DNA of 64,000 nt from the NCBI GenBank assembly GCA_036339735.1, contig JAYZAL010000047.1, positions 32,001-96,000 on the forward strand, read 5' to 3'. Both the position numbers and the translations under genes were made by a program. The notes beneath the pieces were generated by a model. It was not told the DNA's origin. It did not search any database and was given only the letters and a program-made list of their open reading frames with translations. Origin of the DNA: Candidatus Poribacteria bacterium. Lineage in GTDB: Bacteria; Poribacteria; WGA-4E; UBA9662. Shown here piece after piece: positions 39,896 through 51,000 of the stretch (its first letter is position 1; each line of letters opens with the position of its first letter).

Positions 39896-40585
39896 CTATC
39901 TTAATTCAAAGGTGGAAGGTAATATTGTATCCTCGTCGTAGATTAGTTGTGAACAGTTTGTGTTCACAAGGTTGGCTTTCTCGAGGTTTGCTCCCCTGAT
40001 ATCAGCGTTAGTTAGATTGGCTCCGTATAAATTGGCACCAGTTAGGGTTGATTTATATTTTTCATCATCACTATCGCTATCGCTATGGTGGCTAAAATTA
40101 GCTTTGGCCAAGTTAGCTGAAGTCAAATTAACACCTCTCAGATCAGCCTCCACTAAATCAGCATTCGACAAATCAGCCAGGGTTAGATCCGATCGTTCTA
40201 ATTTTGCCTGACGCAAGTTAGCTTTTGTTAGTTGTGCTTCTCTCAAATCTGAACCACTCAAGTTTACCCAACATAAATTAGTTGCATTTAGACGAGCGTA
40301 GCGGAGATCTGCCCCATTGAGACTGGCACCATATAAGTCAGCACCATCAAGATTTGCTCCAGTTAGGTTCGCGCCTTCCAGGTTTGCACGACTTAGGTCT
40401 GCATTGGTTAGATCAGCACCGGCCAGATTAGACCATCTAAGATCGCTATATGCCAAGTGGGCATCAGTTAAATTTGCACTTTCAAGATTGGTCCAGCTTA
40501 GATCACATCGACTCATATCGGCTCCAGTCAAATTAGATGCTACTCCGAGCTCGTACTTTCTTCCATTTTTCTCGACAATTTTCAT
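39896..40585 (-). CDS. Pentapeptide repeat protein
   Basis: Long run of A[DN]LxX pentapeptides; alternative TTG start at 40600. Confidence 0.92.
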   Translation of the reverse strand: MKIVEKNGRKYELGVASNLTGADMSRCDLSWTNLESANLTDAHLAYSDLRWSNLAGADLTNADLSRANLEGANLTGANLDGADLYGASLNGADLRYARLNATNLCWVNLSGSDLREAQLTKANLRQAKLERSDLTLADLSNADLVEADLRGVNLTSANLAKANFSHHSDSDSDDEKYKSTLTGANLYGANLTNADIRGANLEKANLVNTNCSQLIYDEDTILPSTFELR

Positions 40586-40671
40586 GTTTTTTGTTTCCAA
40601 TCCGTCACACTAGTTCTTAGTTAAGATATTGAAATCTTTATTGTCTTTTGTTGATCCTGTATTATTTGAAG

Positions 40672-42753
40672 TTAATTTTTGGTTTCTAATTTCTTGACTA
40701 ATTGATCAATTTGCCGGAACTGCCAACTCCAGCGCACGTTGTATAAGAATTGTCTCAAATCGAAACGATTATCCTCTGGTGAATACAGCTCAGCGTGATA
40801 GGATGGCGTCATAGTCGTCATCTTATGACGGTTAACTGAGTAGTAAAAAAAGAATCGTTTGACTTTTTCTGCAACTATGGCGGGGGATAGGTGCTCCCAT
40901 TCGTAAACTAGTTTCTCGAACATTCTCACAGGCCCACATCGGTGAACTTTACGTAAGATTCCAAATTTACCGAGTTCATCGTATGTCATTCCCATATCGA
41001 TTTCGTCTTTCTGATTATAATTCTCAGTAATCGGTTCAAGTTCTGCTGTTGGGGGAGCATTAACTACGTCAATCAAAGCTGGATATCCCAAGTGGTTCGC
41101 GGCCCAACGAAGAAATTGTCGAAGGTCCCTCTTACTAATACCACCGATTGGATTAATATCAGCGCTACTACAATCGTATTTGGTAACATATCCGCGCAAA
41201 CTTTCATCTACGTTTGCACTACCGAGAACAAGTAGTCCTCCTTTATAACCTCTAACCCAAGGCAATAATTGAGCCAATAGATATGCTAAAACCATGCGGG
41301 TCCGCGCCTGAATATTTTGTAACGCCAGATTTTCGGATAGTGATCCGCCGTTAACTTTAAATTGAGGCTGTTTGCCAGTCAAACGTACAAACAACGACAA
41401 AAAAGCATTAACAATTCCATCAATGTTAGCATTTAGATGAAAGTTGCCAATTTGTTCAGAAATGGCTTGAGCCCGGTCTTTTGTATCTTTTGAGCTATTC
41501 TCCGAAGCCATGTAACAGGTGTGCAAAATTCGATTAGCCAATTTATGTGCTGAACTTGGCATATAAGTCTCGTCTGCCAACACTTTACGGATATCAGCTA
41601 ATGTCTGTTGATTGCCTCTACTAATAGACTCTACAACCAGTTGACACATTGAACCAACTAACGCAATTGTGGATGAGCTATCAGCACCACCAGAAATCGG
41701 AACGAAGTAACCACTACTACCTGAGCGACGTAGATAATCCCAAAGCCAACAGGCTGGGCCATATGCTATTTCTTCTTCTGGTTGATGGTAAAAAACCGTA
41801 ATAGGTTTTGTCGGTGCTACAAACTGGGATGTTGTTAAATCAAAATCGATCGAAATTCTCTGAATATTGTCAACTTGTGTCGCTTGCGCCGATCGACTCG
41901 AAATTGATCGGCGAAATGAACAGACCTCTTGTAAGTCAACTGTAGCAGTTATGACTTCCACATCGTCAAGAGAAAACTGAGAGCCTTGTGCCACTATTTC
42001 ACCATTGATTGCAATCAAGGCGCAACCATCAAAATAGAGCCGGCTGCCGTCACAACCCTGTTGGTTGGCATATAGATAAACACCACCACCTTTCGCTGTT
42101 GCTCCTCGAATCAGATCAATACGTTCATTAAGTTTACGCAACTGATGATGCGAACCCGATCCATTAGTGATAATTTCAATACCATCCAACCCAAAACCGA
42201 TGTGTGGACTCTTCGGTGTAAAGAGCTCTTCACAGGTTTCTGATGCAACAGTAGTATCCCTAGTAGCGATAGCTGCAATTCCAATGGGTGCAGTGTGCTG
42301 TTGGTTCAGGTCACGGATCGTTTCTGGCAGGGAAAAAGGTTCAATACTTCGTTCTTGACTCCAGGCTGAGAACCAACGTGTTTCCCTATAATTTCCATCA
42401 TTAGCCAAAAAGATTTTGGGCCGAATCATCAAGATTTGCTGATTCAGAACTAATACACGACAATTGTAACTAACATTTTTGTGTGAGATAGGCATCCCAA
42501 TATCACACAAAATTCCCTCGGTTGCATCGCTGGATAATATCTCAGCCATCACTTCCCAAGCATGCAAAAAGGTGTCTTCTTCTAAAAACGCATCTTCACA
42601 ACTATAACCAGTAACTTCTAACTCTGGTCCAAGGCGATAAGTCGCATCTTGCTCTTTGGCAATTTGAATGGACTGAAGAATTCGATCTAAATTACCGTCA
42701 AAATCTAAAGACCACTGGTTCAGATTACAAGTAGCGAGGGTTGCTAGTCTCAT
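40672..42753 (-). CDS. nadE: Glutamine-dependent NAD+ synthetase (eukaryote-like NADSYN1/Qns1 type)
   Basis: Nitrilase domain (GPELE, RPK, ETCEELF) fused to a synthetase domain ([52 protein letters not shown]). Confidence 0.93.
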   Translation of the reverse strand: MRLATLATCNLNQWSLDFDGNLDRILQSIQIAKEQDATYRLGPELEVTGYSCEDAFLEEDTFLHAWEVMAEILSSDATEGILCDIGMPISHKNVSYNCRVLVLNQQILMIRPKIFLANDGNYRETRWFSAWSQERSIEPFSLPETIRDLNQQHTAPIGIAAIATRDTTVASETCEELFTPKSPHIGFGLDGIEIITNGSGSHHQLRKLNERIDLIRGATAKGGGVYLYANQQGCDGSRLYFDGCALIAINGEIVAQGSQFSLDDVEVITATVDLQEVCSFRRSISSRSAQATQVDNIQRISIDFDLTTSQFVAPTKPITVFYHQPEEEIAYGPACWLWDYLRRSGSSGYFVPISGGADSSSTIALVGSMCQLVVESISRGNQQTLADIRKVLADETYMPSSAHKLANRILHTCYMASENSSKDTKDRAQAISEQIGNFHLNANIDGIVNAFLSLFVRLTGKQPQFKVNGGSLSENLALQNIQARTRMVLAYLLAQLLPWVRGYKGGLLVLGSANVDESLRGYVTKYDCSSADINPIGGISKRDLRQFLRWAANHLGYPALIDVVNAPPTAELEPITENYNQKDEIDMGMTYDELGKFGILRKVHRCGPVRMFEKLVYEWEHLSPAIVAEKVKRFFFYYSVNRHKMTTMTPSYHAELYSPEDNRFDLRQFLYNVRWSWQFRQIDQLVKKLETKN

Positions 42754-42805
42754 AGCAAGATATTTTAAGATAGAGAACTATATTATTTGCAAAAAAACTA
42801 AATAT

Positions 42806-42847
42806 AAAAAGGGCGGGACGACAAGGTTGCCCTCATCGTATCCCGCC
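42806..42847 (-). terminator. Rho-independent terminator after the TPR lipoprotein gene
   Basis: GGCGGGA-UA-CGAUGAGG-GCAA-CCUUGUCG-UCCCGCC, then C and U5. Confidence 0.75.
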
Positions 42848-42889
42848 AAATTAAATTAAGTACTTCGCTGGCTTGCTAGGCCAGATATA

Positions 42890-44254
42890 TTACTTTTCTG
42901 GTTTGCTATTGCTATCTTGATCTGAAGTTCCAGCTTCCTGTTCTTGATAAAACATGAAACCATCTTCGTCTTGGTCAAGGTCAAATTGACGTACTAACTG
43001 TTGAGCTTCTCTGTAATATTTCAATTCGTCTGGATTATCTAAACTCATATATGCTTTGAACATTTCTCGGGCTTTAGCAAACTCACGAATACTTCGATAA
43101 CAAACGGCTTGCTGATAAACAGCTTCGTTTCGCCAAGTTGACTGAGGTGCTTCTGTAAATAGATTGTCATAGCCCTCTATTGCTTTTGTATATTCACCGT
43201 CTAGCTGGTGAAGACGACCTATTTGATATAGAGCATCAGCCTGAGCGAATTTATTACCAGTTAAATTTTCCGATAGTTCTCGATAAGCAAAAGTAGCATT
43301 AGGGTAATTTCTCATTTTGATCCAGCCAGCAGCGATGTTCTGGTAATCTTGAACGACTCGATCCCTTTGACCCATCTGGTATAAGTCTGCGGAAGTTACC
43401 AAGCGACCAGCTCTTCTCATGGCCATGGCCTTGGAATTAGTGTACTTAGATACATCATCTTGGTCTTGCTGAATCATAGTCAAAGTTTGGCGTGATCTTT
43501 TGAGTAATGTTTCAGCTTCACCAGCTTCGTAAGTACCGTTGTAGTCTTCTGCAACTTTCACAAAAGCACCCCAACCACCTGCATTGGTGTAATCATAAAG
43601 CTGGTAAAAATACAAATTGCCAACTTTAAATAGAGAACGAGGGGCAAGATCATGTTCCGGAAATTCATCGACTAGCTTTTCATAATTTGCAATAGCTTCT
43701 TCAAAATCACCTAGCCCAACATATGCTTCCGCTACTTTATACAGAGCTTGTACTGCGGCTTCCTGGCTTTCAGGTGTTTCGACTAAGCTGCGGTTTCTAT
43801 AAATTCGAAGTTGTTCCTGCACTTCTTGCCGATTACGCCGAATTGACGAAATATTACCTGCAGCTTGACTCCCTAAATAGCCAGTAGGAGCGATATCTAC
43901 CACCGACTGATAATGGATGATAGCATCATCTAGCTTCTTTCTATTTTTATGAATTTCAGCGATTTCGTAGTGGGCTCGTTGTTTGTAATTCATAACAGCC
44001 TTGCTAGTTTTGGTTGCTTGAGTAACCTCTAGGTATCCACCAACGGCTTCGTCGTATAGTTTGTTCTTTCGATCTTTTAGTTCATCTGCTCGTTTTTTAT
44101 CACTTGCAATTAAATCTTTATTGATTTGGATCAGTTCTGCCAGTTCAACTTTTCGATCGGCATTGCTAATTTTAACACTAAGTGGAACACATCCAATCAG
44201 CGATGTCATCACAATAAGCACAATCGGAAATAGCCAAACCATTAACTTTTTCAT
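42890..44254 (-). CDS. TPR lipoprotein (BamD/CpoB-like) with C-terminal Ca-binding repeat
   Basis: Lipobox LIGC after MKKLMVW; TPRs; terminal DLDQDEDG...EQEAGTS (thrombospondin type-3-like). Confidence 0.8.
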   Translation of the reverse strand: MKKLMVWLFPIVLIVMTSLIGCVPLSVKISNADRKVELAELIQINKDLIASDKKRADELKDRKNKLYDEAVGGYLEVTQATKTSKAVMNYKQRAHYEIAEIHKNRKKLDDAIIHYQSVVDIAPTGYLGSQAAGNISSIRRNRQEVQEQLRIYRNRSLVETPESQEAAVQALYKVAEAYVGLGDFEEAIANYEKLVDEFPEHDLAPRSLFKVGNLYFYQLYDYTNAGGWGAFVKVAEDYNGTYEAGEAETLLKRSRQTLTMIQQDQDDVSKYTNSKAMAMRRAGRLVTSADLYQMGQRDRVVQDYQNIAAGWIKMRNYPNATFAYRELSENLTGNKFAQADALYQIGRLHQLDGEYTKAIEGYDNLFTEAPQSTWRNEAVYQQAVCYRSIREFAKAREMFKAYMSLDNPDELKYYREAQQLVRQFDLDQDEDGFMFYQEQEAGTSDQDSNSKPEK

Positions 44255-44397
44255 CAAAATCTTCGCAGCTAAGCCCCAGCTTTCTAGAGTGGGAAATAAA
44301 CTGCACCTCCTTTTTTGGGTTAAAAAGCGTTGATAGTGTGTAATTTTCTTGTAACTCAATGACCAAGGGAAAATAGCTCTTCTCTTTCTTCCTTGCA

Positions 44398-44581
44398 GGA
44401 CAACTGGTATTAAATAGGCTCCACCTGTCTCAGGTTATTGCGACAGTTCGTGGCGAGCACGTGGAATTGCAAACCAAGACCGAGAAGAATGCAATCTCCT
44501 AACGACTGCTTTACTAAAAGCCAACTTAGGAAACAGCCCAGAATTTTTTCGGCTTGAGGGACTAAATAGCCTAACCTGTCC
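44398..44581 (-). ncRNA. Candidate structured RNA (6S-sized ncRNA or long leader)
   Basis: Starts 9 nt after a TATAAT; ends pair (GGACAG/UUGUCC, UAGGCU/AGCCUA); several internal stems; 184 nt. Confidence 0.4.
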
Positions 44582-44589
44582 GGATCGGT

Positions 44590-44617
44590 ATTATATCGTA
44601 TTCCCGAAAAATGGCAA
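44590..44617 (-). promoter_or_regulatory. sigma70 promoter
   Basis: Minus strand TTGCCA-N16-TATAAT. Confidence 0.65.
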
Positions 44618-44662
44618 GATATTTTTGCTGATATGGGGTAACTAGCAAATGGATGAGTTCTT

Positions 44663-45505
44663 CTACTCTCTTCTTTCAAATCGAACAGCAATTTCTCCAG
44701 ATTGGTCTTCTTGAGGTAAATGGACAGGTAATTTATTAAAAATAAACTGAGCCACGAAACTTTGAGCTTTCTGCCTCAGTTCCCCCGCACGATTTTCTAT
44801 GACTTTGACTTTATAAACTGTACCATCTGGTCTTACCAAAAAACTGAGCTGGACTATCCCACCTTGGATACTACCAGCAACCAGTGATAGCGTTGGCCGA
44901 TAACGAATGCCTCGTCCTTTGACTTCACCTTCAATACTGTAAGGTAAAATCCCAGAGACTTTTTGGGATTGGTTTTTCCTTTGACCTTCAGATGAAACCT
45001 TGCCTGCAAAAAGTTGGTCGCCCCTGTCCGTCCTAAGTAGTTTTTGATTAGAATTTGTCGTACCGATTGGGTCTGATAGAGATTGATGTCCAACATCACT
45101 TGAAAACGACTTTGCTCGGATAGTAGCGTTGAAGTCGGTTTCATTTCCACGTTGCTTTTGTCCTTTTGGAACATTATTATCAATCCACTGTTCGGATGCT
45201 TGAGATCGAATTTGTGGAAAATTTGGCAAATTAGAATTTTCAGAATGGCCGCTTAAGAAACTGTCTAGACTTTGTATCGACTGCAGAGGTGGCAAGTCAA
45301 CTGGAACCTCTGTAGGTTCTGGCACGAAAGAAACTACTGGTTTATTTATTTCTTTCTTTTCTGGCTCTCGTTGAAAAATTTCAACTTGATAAGCTGTTTC
45401 CTCAATTTTAAGCGATGGTGGTTGGTACACTAACCAAGCAAAAAACAGAATGGCCACCAAGTGTTCAACAATTGCTAAAGGTAAAAAAAGACCGATCTTA
45501 AACAT
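44663..45505 (-). CDS. TonB/TolA-like energy transducer
   Basis: N-terminal TM with His (AIVEHLV), Pro-containing linker, C-terminal 'GIVQLSFLVRPDGTV' TonB_C-like; ATG overlaps upstream TAA (TAATG). Confidence 0.75.
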   Translation of the reverse strand: MFKIGLFLPLAIVEHLVAILFFAWLVYQPPSLKIEETAYQVEIFQREPEKKEINKPVVSFVPEPTEVPVDLPPLQSIQSLDSFLSGHSENSNLPNFPQIRSQASEQWIDNNVPKGQKQRGNETDFNATIRAKSFSSDVGHQSLSDPIGTTNSNQKLLRTDRGDQLFAGKVSSEGQRKNQSQKVSGILPYSIEGEVKGRGIRYRPTLSLVAGSIQGGIVQLSFLVRPDGTVYKVKVIENRAGELRQKAQSFVAQFIFNKLPVHLPQEDQSGEIAVRFERRE

Positions 45506-46212
45506 TAGACCAACTTGTTTGGGGGTTTTGCCCAATCTCGGACATTTTCGTATTTTTCCTGAAACAGTTTATACTCTTCTGTCACTAGGAATCGAATTAG
45601 GGACATTCCATGTCGCTCTAGTTCATTTAACAAGTTCTTAGCTTTTCGATTGAAGTAGTGATAAGCTATTAGCGTTGGAAGGGCAACAATCAACCCAGCT
45701 GCTGTTGTCAACAAAGCTTCCGAAATACCATCAGCAATATCCTGGAGATGCTTTCCTGATTGGTCTCCTTTCCAAAGAGCCTGAAAAGATGAAGTCATGC
45801 CCAAAACTGTTCCCAACAGACCAGTGTACATCGAGACACTAGATAACATCGCCAGAGTCTTCAGATGCCTGACAATTGGAGGCCTTTCGAGTCTAACAGC
45901 CGTACCAACCGCTGACTTTAGTTCTTTTTCATCATAAGAACGATTAGAAATTCCGGCTTTCAAAATATTAGTCAGGGGTGAAGGAACCCGCTCACACATC
46001 TGAATTGCAGTTTCTGGCTTACCGTCTATAAGCTCAGCATATATACTCTGGGTTACATAAACTGATGGGATTACCCGTTTCCTGCGTAAATAGTGCGCTC
46101 TTTCGAAAATTAGAGAATGCGACCAAATAGAAAAAAAAATCAAAAGAGCTAGTAGGTAGCCCCCACCCGCTAGTCGTTCTAACCCTTGTAATATTTGGTC
46201 AGCTATTAACAT
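45505..46212 (-). CDS. MotA/TolQ/ExbB proton channel
   Basis: GLLGTVLGM..SF, IADGISEALLTTAAGLIVALP. Confidence 0.92.
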   Translation of the reverse strand: MLIADQILQGLERLAGGGYLLALLIFFSIWSHSLIFERAHYLRRKRVIPSVYVTQSIYAELIDGKPETAIQMCERVPSPLTNILKAGISNRSYDEKELKSAVGTAVRLERPPIVRHLKTLAMLSSVSMYTGLLGTVLGMTSSFQALWKGDQSGKHLQDIADGISEALLTTAAGLIVALPTLIAYHYFNRKAKNLLNELERHGMSLIRFLVTEEYKLFQEKYENVRDWAKPPNKLV

Positions 46213-46237
46213 GGTTTAAAATCCAATTTATGTATAA

Positions 46238-48046
46238 TCAAAGCTGTAGTTCAACACCAAGATCGACATAGCTACCACGAAGGGGGTGATATGGCATAAC
46301 CATCGATCCACTAGATAAATATGCTCCCCCAATAAAGATTGTTAGATACTGACCAAGGTTTCTCTTCATTTTTCCTTTTAGATGAATCAGATTCGCTAGG
46401 TTTGGCAACTGAATGGCTTTTGTCGTTTCTGATTGTAAATGGTCTCTCGTATCGATTTCAATTGTAGCTGTTAACTCAGTTTGCAAAATGCCAAACAACC
46501 AGTATTTGCAATCGATGTAAGCACGATTTTTGGCTTGGTAAGGCACATAAATCGGCTGTAAATCTCTTTGGTAGGAAAACTGTAGTTCATCGCCATTAGA
46601 AGCCCTTAGTTTACCCGACAGGATAAAGCCGTATCGAGTAATCACCCGATCAGAATTAGTTGGCACCCAATTTAGTGGCTTCACTCGGTTATTCATCAAC
46701 CCAATCGTTACTCCTGAACTATTACCTTCAGCTAAGTAAATCAAATCTGTTGTTCTATTGGCGAATGTAGATAAGCTAAAGTCAATTCTTTGCCCCCTAT
46801 TGTAGGTTAAGTCAATTAGTTGAGACCAGTTCTTCTCTGGGTTCAAGAAAGGGTTTACCCGAACATAATTATTATTGAGATAAAGTTCGGAAATTGTATA
46901 GTGATGAATCTTTCTTTTTCCCTCGAAGTTCAATCGCCAATAGTTGCTGAGTTGGGTTGTTATCGTTAAGGTCCCACTCGGTTCTATTTGGGTGGATTCT
47001 ACATAACCTAGTCTGCTATCTTTGCTTACATCACTTGGCTCTAAATTGCGGAAACTAACAATACCAAGACCTAGACCGAAAACAAAAGGACCTATTTGAG
47101 TAAATTGGTCTTTGGCGTAAAGCTCCAATAAGGTCGACCAATTCTGGCTACTCTGACCCGTTGATAAATTCTCCGCGACGGATAAATACTGCGAATTGAT
47201 CCCAAAATGAATTGGATTTGCCAAATTTAAAAAATGGCTTCTGATGTTAAAGTTAGCCTGTAAGTCAGTCACTCCGTCATTCAATACACTAAATGATGGA
47301 TTAGCACCGAAGACTTCCAGTTTTCCATTAGATGTAAATTGAGTCTTGTCAGATAGCCAATGGTGAAGATTCCAATTAGATGCAAATAATTGCAAATTAT
47401 ATATGTTGGCTAGTTGGTCTGACACATTCAATGGATTAGCGTTAGGTTCAGGAGATTCCAGTGTAGTTATTCCCGAAGTTTCTAATGGCCAGGGTAAATC
47501 TCGAATTGATATTTGTGATGATAGTGCTATCTCACTTAAGGGACGATAGGCTAAATTCAATCCTGCTTCTAGGGCTATATCCGTTCCTTGATTGCTCTTT
47601 TTTAAATCATCCAAGTCTTGATAGTTGAACTGCATATAACCATTAACTTTATTATACGCAGAGCCAGCCAAAAGTGCCCTAAAGAATGGAGCGATGGGAA
47701 TACTAGGAGACGCTGTTACTAAAATGCTAGGATTCTTATTTGTTTCGAGCGTTTGCCGATCTATTTTCTGTGGTGTATGGATCGAAGGTAGATTCCACAA
47801 ACGTTCTTTGGCGTATACTCCAAGTGCTTGGTGTACAAATGGCCTAAAAGGGGAATTAAATCTGATTCTTGGCTCAAGTTGAATTTGAGTTGTATCAATA
47901 ATACCGATGGTTTGTTCGTCTAAACGAATACTTTCCTCATCGTCCAAATTCTGGGGGTATACCATCGACGACATAAAAAGTAAAAAAAAGATAGTGAAAG
48001 TCAAAAAGCCTTGGTTGTCCTGGTACCGAGATGCAAGTATTATCAT
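46238..48046 (-). CDS. Outer-membrane beta-barrel protein (TonB-dependent receptor-like)
   Basis: Signal peptide, amphipathic strands, 'VNPFLNPEKNWS' (NPxLxPE), C-terminal 'GSYVDLGVELQL'. Confidence 0.65.
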   Translation of the reverse strand: MIILASRYQDNQGFLTFTIFFLLFMSSMVYPQNLDDEESIRLDEQTIGIIDTTQIQLEPRIRFNSPFRPFVHQALGVYAKERLWNLPSIHTPQKIDRQTLETNKNPSILVTASPSIPIAPFFRALLAGSAYNKVNGYMQFNYQDLDDLKKSNQGTDIALEAGLNLAYRPLSEIALSSQISIRDLPWPLETSGITTLESPEPNANPLNVSDQLANIYNLQLFASNWNLHHWLSDKTQFTSNGKLEVFGANPSFSVLNDGVTDLQANFNIRSHFLNLANPIHFGINSQYLSVAENLSTGQSSQNWSTLLELYAKDQFTQIGPFVFGLGLGIVSFRNLEPSDVSKDSRLGYVESTQIEPSGTLTITTQLSNYWRLNFEGKRKIHHYTISELYLNNNYVRVNPFLNPEKNWSQLIDLTYNRGQRIDFSLSTFANRTTDLIYLAEGNSSGVTIGLMNNRVKPLNWVPTNSDRVITRYGFILSGKLRASNGDELQFSYQRDLQPIYVPYQAKNRAYIDCKYWLFGILQTELTATIEIDTRDHLQSETTKAIQLPNLANLIHLKGKMKRNLGQYLTIFIGGAYLSSGSMVMPYHPLRGSYVDLGVELQL

Positions 48047-48095
48047 CTATTCTGCTAAAATCTGTTCTGCTTAACTTACTCGCTCAATTCTATTT

Positions 48096-51000
48096 TTACT
48101 GTATTTTTCGCAAAAGCTCTTGGTACATTTTAGTTGCATATTGATGTAACTGATTCCAGTCCTTTTTTTGATTAGTATTGACTGATGAAATGTAATTTTT
48201 GTACAGGCTGATTGCATCTTCGTAGCTATCCTTAGCTAGGAGCTCTTTTTTAGCTTTTACGTAAGCGTCTGCTGCTCGAACTGCCGCATGCAGAGCTGTT
48301 AGTGGACTGTGCTGCTCCCTGAGATGACGGACCCGGAGATAAGTAGAGCCAGCTTCATAATATTGACCATTTAAGCTCAGGGTTTCCGCCAATCGTAATT
48401 CAGCATCAATGACAATCTCAACAGGATATTGATCACTTCCACCATCACGAATTTTTGCATAAGCCGAAATTGCTTGCGTATACTGTTTTTGGGCTCGATA
48501 GACATGACCCAAAAGGAGTTGGGTCATTTTGGCTTGTTCTGAACTAGCATACTTATCGAGAATCGTTCGATAAATCTCAGCAGCTTCCCCCCACCTTAAT
48601 AACTCTTGATTGCAATTTCCAGCAAGTAACAACGCTTGTGGTGCATCATTACTACTCGGGTATTCCCTCGCTACTGACAAAAAAGCTGCAATTGCCTTTT
48701 CGAGATTTCTCCCAGGATTGTTTTTGTTATACCAAACATAGCCAGCTTCATAACGAGACGTGGCGGCTAGTTCACTTTTTTTCGAGACCTTCTCAAAAGC
48801 GGCTATTGCTTGTTTGAACGATCCGATTTCTAGATAAGATTTACCTATGTGATATCGTGCTAAAGATGAGGATTCTGAGCGACCGTATTGATCGATGACT
48901 TTTTGGAATTCAGATATAGCCCTACTATAATTTTTTTGGATAAAGTAGAAACGGCCAATGTGAATCTGAACATCAGGTGCTAGAGGGCTATCCGGGTAGT
49001 TCTTAATAAGATAATTGTAGGCTTGGAGTGCTTGTTCACTTTTCCCTTGGTCCTCGTGGGCTGTAGCGATACCATATTGCGCATCATCAGCCCACAGACT
49101 TTTCGGATAGTGTTCAATGACTTTTTGATATCCTTGAATTGCTTTTTGATAATTTTTCAAATTGATATAGCTCTCAGCAACGTAATACTGAGCTTCAGGT
49201 CTCAGATCAAAAGTCTTTTCTGCTCCAGGTCGACCTGTCTGTAACTTCAGATTTGGAAAATTTTCGATAACTCTTCGGTACTCAGTAATAGCACTTGCAT
49301 ATTTCCCCAATTTAAAATAGGCATTCGCAATACCAAAAATGGCCTTTGGCTCTAGCTGCGAAGCAGGAAAAGATCGTAATTGCTCTTGAAAAGCCATTAT
49401 CGCATCGTTGTAACGTTCCAATTTGTAGAAGGACCAGCCAATCTGGTATTGAGCATCATCCCGCCAATTGCTAGTCTGATACGTTTGTAATAGTTCAGAA
49501 AAAGTATTTATTGCTTTTTGGTAACGCCTCAAATTGCTTTGTGCTACGCCTTGGTGATATTGTGCTTGGTCAGAATAACTACCAGACGGATGTTTTTTTA
49601 TCATTTCTTGCCAACTTATTACTGCTTGGCCATATAATCTATCCTGTTCATTCCCATCAGATAATACTGCCTCTGAGAAATAAGTCCAGCCGACACCAAA
49701 TCGGTATTTTTCAGCCCATTCCTCATCGGATTCTTTGTCTAACAAATCTTGATATTTTTGTCTGGCTGATTGGTACGCAGATTTGGATTCTTCTTGCCAA
49801 TAAGTACTTTCAGCAATAAAAAAGTCGGCTTGCTGACGAAACTGGCTTTCTGGATACCTTTGGATCAAAGTATTACAAACTATGATAACTTCGTTGTAGT
49901 TCTCGGCTTCGAATAAAGCTCTAGCCTTCCAGTACAAAGCTTCGTCGGCACTAGTAGTTGATAATTTACGGTCATCTAAGGTAATGAAATAATTATCAAA
50001 AGCCGATGCACTTTCAGAATATTGTCGCAGATTGAAGTAGGACAATCCAAGATGGTACAGAGCATAAGGTTTTAGGTCAGTGTTAGGCGTCAATTTCAGA
50101 AGGCTTTCGATCACCGAAACAGCACTCTGATAGTCTCTTAGCTCAAAGTAACTAATAGCAATCTGATATTGGGCGTCATCAGCATAAGGTGAGTCTTCCC
50201 GCACTTTTTGATAATTAAGGATCGCAGAATTAAATTCTCTGGATAACCGGAAACACTCACCCATTCTAAATCGAGCAGCGTCACTCAATTCTGAGTTAAG
50301 ATCATCCGCCACTAGTTTGAAAGCGGTTTTAGCCTCTGTATAGTCCTGCGTATTAGTACCGAGATTGAAATAGACCATCGCTATCCCGTATTGAGCATTA
50401 TCAGCTACTGTACTATCTGGATATAAGCGAATGACTTTTTGGTATTCGTAAATCGCCTCGTTTACCTTATCTTCTTCGGCGAGAATCTCACCAATCCAGT
50501 ATTGTGCTTCTGCCGACAAGGACGACTTTTCACTTTCATCTAACAAGTATGTGAATGTATCTCTGGCTTCAGTCATCATCTTTTGTTGAAAATAACATTC
50601 ACCTAATCGAAAGCGTGCGTCAGTGATGTATTGTCTTAGCAAATTTTGGTCTTGATGACTATGGTTTTGGTACCTATCAATAAATTGTTGAAATTCAATT
50701 TGAGCTTCCTGCCACTCATACATTTGGAATAAGGATTCCGCAGCTCGGTAAGTAGCCTCAATTGTAGCAGAGTGATCTGGGTATTGATCGACAAAGAGCA
50801 GTAACTGATCGTGAGCTTTCTGGAATTTTTTCAACCTATAATCAACCCATGCAATTGAATATAAAGCATCTGCGGACTGTTTCGTCTGTGGGTAATCTGT
50901 TAGAATTTGATCATAATACTCACGAGATTTTTGATACAATCCTAACTTTTCGTAAGACTCCCCTATTAGGTAAATTGACTCCGAAATGACCTCTGGTGAG

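Noticed and set aside
39896-40585. Possible Qnr/MfpA quinolone-resistance gene
   Set aside because: Generic A[DN]LxX repeats without Qnr-specific features or mobile context
44380-44410. Minus-strand GUCCUGCAAGGAAG resembling SRP RNA domain IV
   Set aside because: The conserved CAGG...GGAAGCAG symmetric loop is not present
44410-44691. 93-aa ORF in the ORF track
   Set aside because: Spans a promoter and the structured RNA candidate; no protein-like features
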